A DNA stretch of 64,000 nucleotides from an uncultured Candidatus Rokubacteria bacterium. GTDB taxonomy: Bacteria; Methylomirabilota; Methylomirabilia; Rokubacteriales; CSP1-6. The stretch is from positions 338,946 through 402,945 of the forward strand of contig CAVWWD010000007.1 of NCBI GenBank assembly GCA_963758635.1. Reading direction: 5' to 3'. Of this stretch, positions 20,483-30,014 are shown piece after piece. The notes under the pieces are model-generated. The model worked only from the letters and a program-made list of their open reading frames with translations. It had not been told where the DNA came from and did no database searches. Both the position numbers and the translations under genes were made by a program. The number at the start of each line of letters is the position of its first letter. Positions within the stretch are counted from its first letter, which is position 1.

Positions 20483-21348
20483 GCGCGGGCCGCGCCGCGC
20501 TCCCCGCGGGCGCGATCCTCGAGCGCCGGCGCCGCGAGCGCTTCCGCCACGCGCCGCGGTTCCGTGTGCGCTCCGAGCAGGGCGCGCTCGGTTTCCTTGA
20601 AACCGTCGGGCTCTGCTCCACCTTCCACCGCTTCCCGGAGGGCGTGGCCTGCCTCTGGGAGGCCGTGGCCGGGCGCGCGCGCCCGCGCTGGCCGCGGCGA
20701 TCCCACCACGACCCCGGGATCGGGCTCACGTGGAGCCTGAAGGACACGCTGCCCGCCCGCCGGCTCGTCTACTACGGCAAGCTCCTGAAGGGCCGGCCCA
20801 TGCTGGTCGCGCTCGACCTGTTCCCCGCCTTCTACGCGCTCACGCGGGGCCGGCAGCGCGCGCGGGACTACCGGGCGGAGTACGAGGCGGGCCGGCTGTC
20901 CATCCAGGCCCGGCGGCTCATGGACAGCCTCTCGCGGGAGCGCCCGCAGTACACGCGAAGCCTGCGGGCGGAGAGCTTCATGCTGGGAGCGGAGAAGACG
21001 CGCGAGTTCGAGCGCGCCATGGCCGAGCTGCAGCAGGGCCTGTGGATCGTGAAGATCGGCGAGCGCTACGAACCGAGCTTCTCCTACCGCTGGGACCTCC
21101 TGGAGCGGTGGCTGCCGGGACCCGTGGCCGAGGGCCGCCGGCTCACGCGCGCAGCCGCCATCGACCGGCTGGTCGGTCGTTACCTGCGCGGCGCCGGGCA
21201 CTCGACGCCGGGGCGCCTGGCGCGCCTGTTCTCGCTGCCCGTCGCCGAGGTGTCGGCCTCGCTGGCCCGGCTCGAGGCCGCCGGGCAGGTGGCGAGCGAC
21301 GTGACCGTGGCCGGGTGGCCAGGCCGCCACGTGGTGAGCCGCGAGTGA
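20479..21348 (+). CDS. winged-helix (HTH_42 / YcaQ-AlkZ-like) DNA-binding protein; start uncertain
   Basis: This is the tail of ORF 19834..21348. ALGFLETVGLCSTFHRFPEGVACLWEAVAG...LVYYGKLLKGRPMLVALDLFPAFYAL resembles YcaQ-family proteins. No ATG lies near the 5' end, so a CTG or GTG start is assumed. Confidence 0.5.
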   Translation: MSAGRAALPAGAILERRRRERFRHAPRFRVRSEQGALGFLETVGLCSTFHRFPEGVACLWEAVAGRARPRWPRRSHHDPGIGLTWSLKDTLPARRLVYYGKLLKGRPMLVALDLFPAFYALTRGRQRARDYRAEYEAGRLSIQARRLMDSLSRERPQYTRSLRAESFMLGAEKTREFERAMAELQQGLWIVKIGERYEPSFSYRWDLLERWLPGPVAEGRRLTRAAAIDRLVGRYLRGAGHSTPGRLARLFSLPVAEVSASLARLEAAGQVASDVTVAGWPGRHVVSRE

Positions 21349-21385
21349 CGCGCCGAGCGGCGCCGCCGCCCGGGCTGGCCTCGGC

Positions 21386-21414
21386 TTGACACCCCGGTGG
21401 CCGATCCTTAGAGT
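21386..21414 (+). promoter_or_regulatory. candidate sigma70-type promoter for the SBP gene
   Basis: TTGACA (21386-21391), then a 17-nt spacer, then TAGAGT (21409-21414). A GAGGAG RBS sits 5 nt before the ATG at 21476. Confidence 0.5.
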
Positions 21415-21475
21415 AAGCGCACTTTTCGACTCCGGATCCCCTGGTCGATCAATCGCTTCGACGCGAGGAGGCACT

Positions 21476-23032
21476 ATGCGTTCTTTCCACCTGCGGCTCG
21501 CTCTGATCGCCGTTTTCGGCCTGCTCATCGGGTCGGTCGCGCTCGCGGACGCGCAGCCGAAGGGCACCGTGGTGGTGGCCCAGGGCGTCGATCCCACCAC
21601 GCTGGACCCGCAGAACCACCAGGAGACCCCGGCGGCGAACCTCGCCATCAACATGTTCGACACGCTGCTCGAGCGCGACGCCGACCTCAAGATCGTGCCC
21701 GGCCTCGCCGAGTCGTTCAAGAACGTGGCGCCCACGGTCTGGGAGTTCAAGCTCCGCAAGGGCGTCAAGTTCCACAACGGCGAGGCGTTCGACGCCGAGG
21801 CGGTGAAGTTCACCGTGGAGCGCATCGCCGACGCCAAGCTGAAGCTCCGCGGCGCCACGCCGTGGGCGCCGCTCAGCCACGCGGAGGTGGTGGACCCGTA
21901 CACCGTGCGCATCCACACCAAGGCGCCGTGGCCGATCCTGGACACGAACGTCACCACGCTGCCGATCCTGGCGCCCAAGTACTACCGCGAGAAGGACTTG
22001 GCCCACGTGGCCCGGAACCCCGTGGGGACCGGGCCGTTCAAGTTCGTGCGGTGGGTGAAGGACGACCGCATCGAGCTCCAGGCCAACGAGCAGTACTGGC
22101 GCGGCGCGCCCAGGGTGAAGTCGCTCGTCTTCCGGCCCATCCCCGACGACGCCGTGCGCGTGGCCGCGCTCCAGAACGGCGAGATCGACGTGGCGGTCAA
22201 CATCCCGCCGCACCTGGCGAACATCATCGCCAACCACCCGCGGCTCTACCTGACGACCGCGCCGAGCGTGCGGACGATCCAGCTCATGTACTACACGCAC
22301 CAGTTCGACGCCCAGCACAAGCTGGTGGGCGCCTACCAGGGCCCGGTGGCGGACAAGCGCGTGCGCCTCGCCATGAACCACGCCGTCGACGTGGACGCGA
22401 TCATCAAGGAAGTGCTGGACGGCAAGGGCTTCCGCGTGGCCACGATGCTCACGGCCAACCACTTCGGGTTCGACCCGCAGCTCAAGCCCATCAAGCAGGA
22501 CCTGGGGAAGGCCAAGCAGCTCCTCACCGAGGCTGGGTTCCCGGGCGGCGTCGACATGGTCCTGAACGCGCCCCAGGGCCGCTACGTCCGCGACAAGGAG
22601 GTGGCGGAGGCCGTGGCGGGGCAGCTCACCAAGGCGGGCATCCGCACCACGATGCGTTCGCACGAGTGGGGCAACTACCTCAACAACATGGCCTACGTGC
22701 ACAAGGCGGGGCCGGTGTGGCTGATCGGCTGGGGCACGACGACGTACGACGCCGAGACCGTCTACGTTCCCCTGTTCCGCTCCGGGAAGATCCTCGGCAA
22801 CTACCACAACGCCGACTTCGACGGCATGGCCGACGAGGCGCAGAAGATCATGGACCCGCGCAAGCGCCTCGAGCTCTACCACAAGATGAACAAGCTCTGG
22901 ATCGACGACGCGGCCGCGATGCCGCTCTACCAGCAGATGGACCTCTACGGCGCCACCAAGCGCATCACCTGGAAGGCGCGCGGCGACGAGCGCATCAAGG
23001 GCTTCGACATGGCGGCGAAGGAGGGGAAGTAG
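21476..23032 (+). CDS. ABC transporter substrate-binding protein, family 5 (peptide/nickel type)
   Basis: Starts at the internal ATG 21476: MRSFHLRLALIAVFGLLIGSVALADAQPKGTVVVAQGVDPTTLDP. The gene is full-length and intact. Confidence 0.85.
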   Translation: MRSFHLRLALIAVFGLLIGSVALADAQPKGTVVVAQGVDPTTLDPQNHQETPAANLAINMFDTLLERDADLKIVPGLAESFKNVAPTVWEFKLRKGVKFHNGEAFDAEAVKFTVERIADAKLKLRGATPWAPLSHAEVVDPYTVRIHTKAPWPILDTNVTTLPILAPKYYREKDLAHVARNPVGTGPFKFVRWVKDDRIELQANEQYWRGAPRVKSLVFRPIPDDAVRVAALQNGEIDVAVNIPPHLANIIANHPRLYLTTAPSVRTIQLMYYTHQFDAQHKLVGAYQGPVADKRVRLAMNHAVDVDAIIKEVLDGKGFRVATMLTANHFGFDPQLKPIKQDLGKAKQLLTEAGFPGGVDMVLNAPQGRYVRDKEVAEAVAGQLTKAGIRTTMRSHEWGNYLNNMAYVHKAGPVWLIGWGTTTYDAETVYVPLFRSGKILGNYHNADFDGMADEAQKIMDPRKRLELYHKMNKLWIDDAAAMPLYQQMDLYGATKRITWKARGDERIKGFDMAAKEGK

Positions 23033-23047
23033 CCCGGCGCCGACGCG

Positions 23048-23287
23048 TCAGGCCTTCGGGCGGGGGAGCGAGGGCGGCGCCTTCCGGCGCTGGCGCAGGA
23101 AGCCGATCACGGAGAGGCCGATCAGGCCGGCGCCCAGGAGGATGAGGGTGCCGGGCTCAGCCACCGGCACCACGGCTTCCGTGGCACGGGCACCCACGCC
23201 ACGGAATGGGGCCGGCAGGTCGAGCGCAGAGAGCGCCACCAGTCCGACCACGAGGCCCCCGATCCCCAGCGCCTTGTCCATCTCCAT
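23048..23287 (-). CDS. small PEP-CTERM sorting-domain protein
   Basis: 79 aa from ATG 23287. The C-terminus VAEPGTLILLGAGLIGLSVIGFLRQRRKAP shows the P-E-P-like motif, a TM helix and a basic tail. Confidence 0.7.
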   Translation of the reverse strand: MEMDKALGIGGLVVGLVALSALDLPAPFRGVGARATEAVVPVAEPGTLILLGAGLIGLSVIGFLRQRRKAPPSLPRPKA

Positions 23288-23558
23288 CGTCCTCCCGTGA
23301 CAGAATCGAACCAGCTTCCTGGGGTGCAAGAGCTGCACCATTTGACCACAGGCGGGCGGACCTCGCGGTCGTACCGACGGACGCTCAATCGGATCACGTG
23401 TTTGGGCCCGGATCCGGCCCCGACTACCCCGATCGGATCCAAACGACCCGTTGCCAGTTGTGTAAGCACGGCCGACACTCGCGCACAGCGTGCACACCCG
23501 GCGTGTCACCCTGACATCCTGGACGTGACGCCCCGGGAGTGGCCGCACACTTCGTTCA

Positions 23559-24011
23559 GGAGGTCTCGATGAAGCACGCGTGCTCGTTGCTGCTCGCGGC
23601 CCTCATGCTCGCCGCGCCGCTGGCCGCGGCGACGGCTCCCGCGGGCAAGGTCGTCATCGCCCAGGGCGTGGATCCGTCGACGCTCGACACCCAGAACCAG
23701 CAGGAGGCTGGGGCACGCCGACCATCGACGCCGAGACCATCTACGGCCCGCTCTTCCGGACGGGCAGCAACCTGGGCAATTACCACAACCCCGACCTCGA
23801 CGGCATGGTGGACCAGGCCCAGTCGATGATGGACGAGAAGAAGCGCCTGGAGATCTACCACCGCATCAACAAGCTCTGGGTCGAGGACGTGCCCGCCGTG
23901 CCGCTCTACCAGCAGGTGGACCTCTACGGGGCGAACCGCCGCCTGGCGTGGAAGGCGCGCAGCGACGAGGTGATCAAGGCCTACGACATGAGCCTGAAGG
24001 ACGGCAAGTAA
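23559..24011 (+). pseudogene. family-5 SBP paralog with an internal deletion of about 1.2 kb and a frame change
   Basis: The N-terminal 49 aa (MKHACSLLLAALMLAAPLAAATAPAGKVVIAQGVDPSTLDTQNQQE) join at 23706/23707 to the C-terminal about 100 aa (GWGTPTIDAETIYGPLF...AYDMSLKDGK) in another frame. Both ends are collinear with the intact paralog at 21476..23032. Confidence 0.85.
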
Positions 24012-24065
24012 CCGGGGCCGCTTCGACGCTGCGGTCAGCCCCTACGCGCGATTCCTCCTCGCGCC

Positions 24066-25125
24066 TCAGCGCGCGGCGTATCCGTTCCCGGCGTCGGGGC
24101 CTATCCACTTGCGGTGGTTCAAGTCGTAGCGAAAGCCGACCGCCGTGAACGGTAGCCGCAAGTTGTCGAAGACGGCGTGCAGAGTGTAGCCCCACCACGT
24201 GTTCCGTCCCACTCCGAGATCGTCCAGGATCACCTTCAAGTTGAGACCGATCTCGATTCCGACTTGGCGCTCTTGCAACCCGGGAAGCCCGTGCGGATAG
24301 CCCTTCGTCCCGTAGGTGAGCGACACGAGCAGGTAGCGGAGCGGGCCGAGGTTGATGCCGAGCCGGCGGCCCACTCCCGCGACGTGGAGATCCGCCGTGT
24401 AGATCTCGGTCGAGTAGTCTCGCCCGGGGGCTTCGACCGCGCAGCAGACATCGTGCTTGGGGGGTGGAAGGACAAATCCGTGCCGGAATCCCACGAGATC
24501 GTCGAGCTCCAGCGCCGAGATCAGCGCGGCCGCGCCGACCCCCAGGAACGTCCATGACGAGGTCTTCCCAGGAAAATCCGTAGACGTTTTGACCGTCACC
24601 GATCTCGAACACGAGGCCGGTGAGCGTGGCCAGGCCGGCGCCCATCAAGATCGAATCGCGCCGGGAGAATCCCATCACGCCGTAAAGGTTGGCGAGCTCC
24701 TTGGTGATGATCGCGTAGTCGACGAAGTGAGAGGCCTTGTCGGCCCCACCCACGTACGTGTCGCGGCCGAAGAAGCCCTCGTTCGTCCAGTGATAGCTCA
24801 CTTGGGGGGTTTCGAGGAATGTGCTCATCGACCCGCCCGCGATGACGCCGGCCGCGACGAGGGAGGCCCAGAGCCACTGCTTCTTTTCGTACCCCGCCCA
24901 CGTCGTCCCGGTCGACGACTCATCGTCCGGTATCGGCTCGGACCCGTCCGCGCCATCGAGACGGAACTCGGAGCACGTGGCCGGTGCGTCCTCGCTCAGG
25001 AGACGCAGGGGCTGGCAGCGAGATCGAACGGAGCTTTCCGCGCCCGACACGATCGACCACCCGTCGGTGGTGAAAGCGTTGGCGGACTCCTGCGCGGCGA
25101 GCGCGCGCGGGAGGAGCAGGAGCAA
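24066..25125 (-). CDS. hypothetical exported/outer-membrane protein (DUF2279-like N-terminal half), 1 frame disruption near 24555; 5' end uncertain
   Basis: ORF 23974..25125 supplies ...HWTNEGFFGRDTYVGGADKASHFVDYAI...GFSWEDLVMD. The sequence continues in the ORF 24066..24599 frame as FLGVGAAALISALEL...FRYDLNHRKWIGPDAGNGYAAR. A signal-peptide-like RRALVLGILLLLLPRALAAQ extends upstream of the listed start. Confidence 0.5.
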
Positions 25126-25578
25126 GATGCCGAGGACGAGAGCCCTTCGGTCCAGGGATCTATCCCCGATTTCCGCTCAGCCCGGTCTGTGTCGTCAGCG
25201 TGCTGGTCATGCCGGCGCCCTGGCCCCGGCTCTCTGACTCGACAGCCGAGTTCTACCCCCGAGAAGGCGGTGCCCGCCCGAGTGAGCGGCATGCTATGCG
25301 AAACACAGCGCCACCGTCAACCGGCCTGGCGGGCCGAGCTGGATCCGCGCTGACGACGCCTCGTGATGCCCGCCCGCTCGCGAGCCGATCCAATGAGGGC
25401 GCGGCGGCGCCGGGCTCGGGAGGAGCGGGGCCGGGGCTCGGCCCTGGCCTCGCGGAGGTCGCCGGGGCTCACGATGTGGCAGCGATCGAGCAGCGATCGA
25501 ACACGCTGCGAACGGCGGGCACGACAGGCTCGGACGCGATTGACATGGAGAGCGTGAAGTCTTACGATTCGCCTACAT

Positions 25579-25653
25579 GCGGCCGTAATTCAGTGGCAGA
25601 ATGCCAGCTTCCCAAGCTGGACGTCGCCGGTTCGAATCCGGTCGGCCGCTCCA
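25579..25653 (+). tRNA. tRNA-Gly (anticodon CCC), CCA encoded
   Basis: Cloverleaf folded by hand. Acceptor is gcggccg/cggccgc, D arm attc-agtggca-gaat, anticodon arm ccagc-ttCCCaa-gctgg, T arm gccgg-ttcgaat-ccggt, discriminator U, then CCA. Confidence 0.93.
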
Positions 25654-25667
25654 ATCTAATCAAGGGG

Positions 25668-25905
25668 TTACGGGTGCAGGCCCCGTAGCCCCCTTGGACT
25701 TTCTGACGCGGAGCCGTCCTGCCGGGTGAGGTTCGGGATGAACATGGCGTAGTGCCGGATCACCATCTCGTCGGTCGTGTGGCCCTACCGACTTCGTCGC
25801 GGCCAAGGCGCTTCTCAAGGCGTTGCGGTAGTCTGCGTTCCCCGGACTGTTTCCGAAGACGGCTCCATCCAAAGTTCGTCGGTGCAAGTCCGACTTCCGC
25901 GACCA
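25668..25905 (-). pseudogene. decayed 3' end of a tyrosine-recombinase (phage integrase family) gene
   Basis: The minus-strand frame ending at TAA 25668-25670 reads GHTTDEMVIRHYAMFIPNLTRQDGSASE, which is the integrase C-terminal pattern GH..(M)...Y...PNLTRQDGSA. Upstream, in another frame, SDLHRRTL is weakly HxLRH-like. No N-terminal part is present. Confidence 0.4.
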
Positions 25906-25989
25906 GACGAAGGTCGCGGAATCGGGCGCCTTCGTGTTCTCGGGCGGACTGTGGATGCCCCGGGCAGATCTCGGGCACCGGGCTCGCCC

Positions 25990-26250
25990 TCAGAACTCGT
26001 GCAAGTGCACGCGCGGCGTCGTCCCCGCGTACTCCGTGCGGACGACCCCGCGCTTCTGGAGCGGCGGGACGACCTGCTCCACGAACGGGCCGACGTAGCC
26101 CGGCCAGATGCCCTGGCGGATCGCGAAGCCGTCGCCGCCGACGGCGCCGATCGTCTCCGCCAGCTCATCGGCGACGCGCTCCGGCGTTCCGATGTACGGC
26201 TTCGAGTCGATGCTGACCTTGAGCGTGGCGATGTCTCGCAGCGTCGGTGT
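25990..26250 (-). pseudogene. C-terminal fragment of an LLM-class (NtaA/DszA-type) flavin monooxygenase
   Basis: The last about 86 aa of ORF 25990..26691 read IGTPERVADELAETIGAVGGDGFAIRQGIWPGYVGPFVEQVVPPLQKRGVVRTEYAGTT. No upstream TIM-barrel part is present. Confidence 0.6.
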
Positions 26251-26450
26251 CCACACCTTGCCGCGCGGCCCACCCCATCCGCCGCTGTCCGCGAACCGCT
26301 TGCTGTCCTTCACCATGAAGTCCACGTCGTGCAGGGTGCCCGGCGCCATCGTATTGGCGAAGGGCTCGTGCTTCTTCGGGGTCCAGTGAATCTTGGCCAT
26401 CTTGGCGCCGTCGGGGAACGGCTTGCCGTTGCCGGGAATGCCGGCCTGGG
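26251..26450 (-). pseudogene. fragment resembling the cytochrome P460 family
   Basis: The same ORF reads GKPFPDGAKMAKIHWTPKKHEPFANTMAPGTLHDVDFMVKDSKRFADSGGWG, fused in frame to the LLM fragment. No signal peptide or heme-binding part is present. Confidence 0.45.
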
Positions 26451-26725
26451 GGCCGGAAGGTTGAACTCTGCGGCGAAGGCGGGGATGTCGATGACCTTTC
26501 CGTAGCCGTGGGAGGGAAACGCGGTGCCCACGAAGACGCGCAGCAGTGCTGGTCCTCAGTCTCCCGGTCGCCTTCGAGCAGCGACAACTCGTTCTCAATC
26601 TCACGGCCGGTGTCGTTTTATTCACCCTCCTGGTCATGGGTACAACGGTCGGTCGTCTCGTTCGCACCCTGGAAGTGCGATGATCAGTCACACGGGGCCG
26701 CGGGCGTCGATCTCCGGGCCCGCAG

Positions 26726-28567
26726 TCAGTTCATGCCTACGTGCAGCCGGAGGATGCGGCGCACCTCCTCGATCGTCCGGGGATGGCCCTGGGTGGAGTG
26801 GCTCGACGGACGCACGACGAGCTCGGACTCGACCCCCTCGATGTGGGCGCTCGAGTACGCCACGACGCCGTCGTCGAGCTTCTCGACCGGCCCCTCCCCC
26901 TCGACCGCGATGATCGAGTGAGCCCTGATGGAGGGCGCCACGGGGACGCTCTGCAAGCCCTGGATGAAGTTGTTGCGTGGCGACATGTTGTCGACGGCCG
27001 ACGGAACTATCGCGGGTCCCCTCACGGCATCCGCATTCCGGATGAGCTCCGCCCGAATCCCGGTGAGGGCGGTCGGCAGCGTCACGAGCCACCGGATGAC
27101 GTTGGTGATGACCTCGCGTGCCGCGATGAAGCTCCCCCGGTGCGGGGTGCAGATGAACACCACGCGGGAGACCCCGGGGAGGGGCTCGACGAAAAGCCCC
27201 CGCTGCAGGAGATCGCGGGACGCGTCGGACAGCTGGAGGTCGGCGAGCGGCTTGCGCGCGACGGCGTTCCAGATCCGATCGCCGCTGCTGATGGCCTGCA
27301 TCTTGACCAGGAGGCCGCCCTGGCTGTGCCCGATCAGCACCATCCGGCGGAGGGCCGGGTCCTTGCCCTCGGGGTCGAGCTGCGCCAGCGCTCCGGTCAG
27401 CGCCTCGCGCAGCCGCAGCGCGGACAGCGCGACGGGGGCGCCGGAATCGTACTGGAAGAACCAGAACTGGTAGCGGCTCCGGATCTCGGGGTCGGCCAGG
27501 AGACGGTTGAACATCTCGGCCCAACGGACCACGCTCGACTGCGTGCCGTGCACGAAGACCACCGGGATGAGCCCGGGCTTGTACGGGGTCGTGGAGACTA
27601 GCGGCGGCCGCTCATAACCGGCGAGCCGGCCCAGGAACCCGAACGTCTCGAGCCGGAAGATCGGTATGCCGGTGAAGGTGTGGGCCAGCGCTGCCGTCGG
27701 CTCGCTCTCGAGCGGCACGCGCTCGCCGGCGATCGAGACCGACTCCGCGTCCCAGGCCAGGTGGAGCTCGAGCGCGGCCGTGAGCGGCCGTCCCTGCACG
27801 AGGGCCTGGCGAGCCTCGGGGATGCGGAGAAGGGCGGTCGCCGAGACCTTCAACCGCGGCGCCACGAGGTCGCCCGGCCTCGAGGCATCGATGAGCCGGG
27901 TCGACGCGGCGAGCGGGGTCCCGAGGCCGGACCAGCGGTATCGCATCGCCATGCCTTCCACTTTCAGCTCCGCGATGGGAATGAACCCATACAGCTCCCG
28001 GTTTCCAGCCCGCAGCGAGGATCGGTCGAAGGTCACCTCCAGCGGCCCGAACGGCAGCGTGAACGCGCCCCCGCGCGGGACGAATTCGGCACCGTCCTCC
28101 GACGCAAGGCCTCCCGCGAGCGCCCAGTTGTACAGGTCCGCGGCGAGCCGAAGGCGCGGGTCGAAGCGCCCCGGTTCTTTGCCTGTCCCTTCGGGGAACA
28201 GGAACGCGTAGGCGTACACCACTGCGGCGAGCTTGTACTCGGGTTTGGCCGCGGCCTGCCCGTGGAGGAAGGCCAGCTCGGCGAGGGCGAGGAGCAGGTC
28301 GGGATCCCCGCCCGTCCGCCGCATGGACCCGTGAAGCTCGGCCAGGGCTTCCTCCGGGCGCGCCCCGAAGGCTGCGAAAAGTCCCTGCTCGTAAAGTACG
28401 TTGCGCGTCTCCCAGCTCGGCTCACCCGTCGTGACGGCGCTCCGGGTGAGGTCGGCCTGGACGACCTTCGGATCGACGCGCGTGGCGCTCACCGGGCCCC
28501 CGCAGGCGGCCAGGGCCATGCCGAAGGCGGCGAGAACGACGATGCGCAGGTGTCGTGTCGTCTTCAT
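26726..28567 (-). CDS. lipoprotein with C-terminal alpha/beta-hydrolase (esterase/lipase-like) domain
   Basis: Intact 613-aa ORF. The lipobox is LAAC. It carries VVFVHGTQSS and the nucleophile elbow GHSQGG. Confidence 0.75.
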   Translation of the reverse strand: MKTTRHLRIVVLAAFGMALAACGGPVSATRVDPKVVQADLTRSAVTTGEPSWETRNVLYEQGLFAAFGARPEEALAELHGSMRRTGGDPDLLLALAELAFLHGQAAAKPEYKLAAVVYAYAFLFPEGTGKEPGRFDPRLRLAADLYNWALAGGLASEDGAEFVPRGGAFTLPFGPLEVTFDRSSLRAGNRELYGFIPIAELKVEGMAMRYRWSGLGTPLAASTRLIDASRPGDLVAPRLKVSATALLRIPEARQALVQGRPLTAALELHLAWDAESVSIAGERVPLESEPTAALAHTFTGIPIFRLETFGFLGRLAGYERPPLVSTTPYKPGLIPVVFVHGTQSSVVRWAEMFNRLLADPEIRSRYQFWFFQYDSGAPVALSALRLREALTGALAQLDPEGKDPALRRMVLIGHSQGGLLVKMQAISSGDRIWNAVARKPLADLQLSDASRDLLQRGLFVEPLPGVSRVVFICTPHRGSFIAAREVITNVIRWLVTLPTALTGIRAELIRNADAVRGPAIVPSAVDNMSPRNNFIQGLQSVPVAPSIRAHSIIAVEGEGPVEKLDDGVVAYSSAHIEGVESELVVRPSSHSTQGHPRTIEEVRRILRLHVGMN

Positions 28568-28607
28568 TGGGCGGCCCTCGTGAGCTCGCGGGTCACCGCG
28601 CCAACCA

Positions 28608-30014
28608 TCAGAACCGCACCTGGAGGCGCAGGCCCGCCACCACGGCGGTGCCCGTGTCCTCGAGTCGTCCCGACGAGCTCAGGTTCTTTGTCAGCGTGGG
28701 CTCGACGATCTGCAAGTCCGCGGTCACGTTCAGCCATGGCGTGATCGACGCGCTGTAGTACATCTCGATCGCGTCCTCACGCTCGAGGCCGAGCCGGAGC
28801 TGCTGCCGCAGGAGCACCAGGAAGGTGCCGCTGAATTCCGTGCGGGCCCAGCCGATGCCGAAGGTGTCCCGCGGGCGGCCCGGGATCGCGCCCTTGCCGC
28901 CGATCCCCATGCTGTAGCTGTACTTGACCGGGTTGACCTCGCCGTCAGACGCGCCGAAATTGAAGAAGATCCCGATGCCCCGCGTGCGATCGCCCCCGGG
29001 GTGCCAGAAGTACTGGTCGAAGCCGTAGAACATCGCCCACGTGCTGTCCTTCCGGTTGGCGGGCTGGACCGGCACGAGCAGCTCCGGAAAGAACCGCTCG
29101 AGGATCCGCCGGAGCACCGGGCCGGGATCGCCGAGCCGCGGGAAGCGCTCGGTCAGCAGGAAGCGCCCGAGGTTGGTCGGGTCCTGGGTGAGGGAGAGGC
29201 GCTCCTTGTTGCTCCACATGGCCCCCGCCCGCTGAGTGCCCCGGAGGCCGAAGGGAGTGATGGCCACCTGGGCCGAGGCCACGACCATCACGCCATCGTC
29301 GAACGCGTCGGTCACGTCGTTGTTCATGACCGTCCCGCTCGGATCGAGCACGAGCGCCGACAGGATGACCCCCTCCCACGGCAAGACGACGAGGCCGCCT
29401 CCGTACGCCGAGATCGGCACGAGGACGAAGCTCATCGGCAGGCCCAGCCCCGTGTTCAGGAACTGGGTGCGATAGTTGCCGGCGAACTCGCCGGCGCCGG
29501 CGTCGAGAGTGAAGATCTTGCCGGCGACCAGGCCGAACTTCGGACTGAGGAACTGGGTGAAAGTCGCGTGCATGAGGCCGGTGCTCGGCTGGTTGGGGTC
29601 GGGATAGAGCAGAAAGGTATTCACCGGCACCACCGCGCCGGAATCAGCGAACACGCTCTCGCCGAAGCTGCTGCTCGCAACTACCTTCAGGAACCCGCCC
29701 GGCCAGAGACCGAGCTTGCCAGTGTCGACGTTGAGCGTGTACTCGGCGTTGCCCCAGAACTCGGCGCCCGTGTCTCGGCCGCCGCTGAGGACGGCCTGCG
29801 GGGTCAGGATCAGGTCGACGTCGAGCACCACGCCCTTCTTGCCGAGCTCATCCCGCACTCCGCCCCAGCTGCCGGTGAGGCGCGGACGGGACCAGAAATC
29901 CCCGCCCCACGTATCGGGCACCGCAACCGGCTGGGCGGGCCCCGACGCCGGCGCACCGAGCACTGCCAAGACGACCGCTGCGGCTACGAGCGCCAAGAGC
30001 ATCGGCGATCTCAT
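28608..30014 (-). CDS. OprB-family carbohydrate-selective porin
   Basis: Starts at ATG 30014: MRSPMLLALVAAAVVLAVLGAPA, then ...WGGDFWSRPRLTGSWGGVRDELGKKGVVLDVDL..., and ends ...GLRLQVRF. The start overlaps the upstream stop (ATGA). Confidence 0.75.
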   Translation of the reverse strand: MRSPMLLALVAAAVVLAVLGAPASGPAQPVAVPDTWGGDFWSRPRLTGSWGGVRDELGKKGVVLDVDLILTPQAVLSGGRDTGAEFWGNAEYTLNVDTGKLGLWPGGFLKVVASSSFGESVFADSGAVVPVNTFLLYPDPNQPSTGLMHATFTQFLSPKFGLVAGKIFTLDAGAGEFAGNYRTQFLNTGLGLPMSFVLVPISAYGGGLVVLPWEGVILSALVLDPSGTVMNNDVTDAFDDGVMVVASAQVAITPFGLRGTQRAGAMWSNKERLSLTQDPTNLGRFLLTERFPRLGDPGPVLRRILERFFPELLVPVQPANRKDSTWAMFYGFDQYFWHPGGDRTRGIGIFFNFGASDGEVNPVKYSYSMGIGGKGAIPGRPRDTFGIGWARTEFSGTFLVLLRQQLRLGLEREDAIEMYYSASITPWLNVTADLQIVEPTLTKNLSSSGRLEDTGTAVVAGLRLQVRF

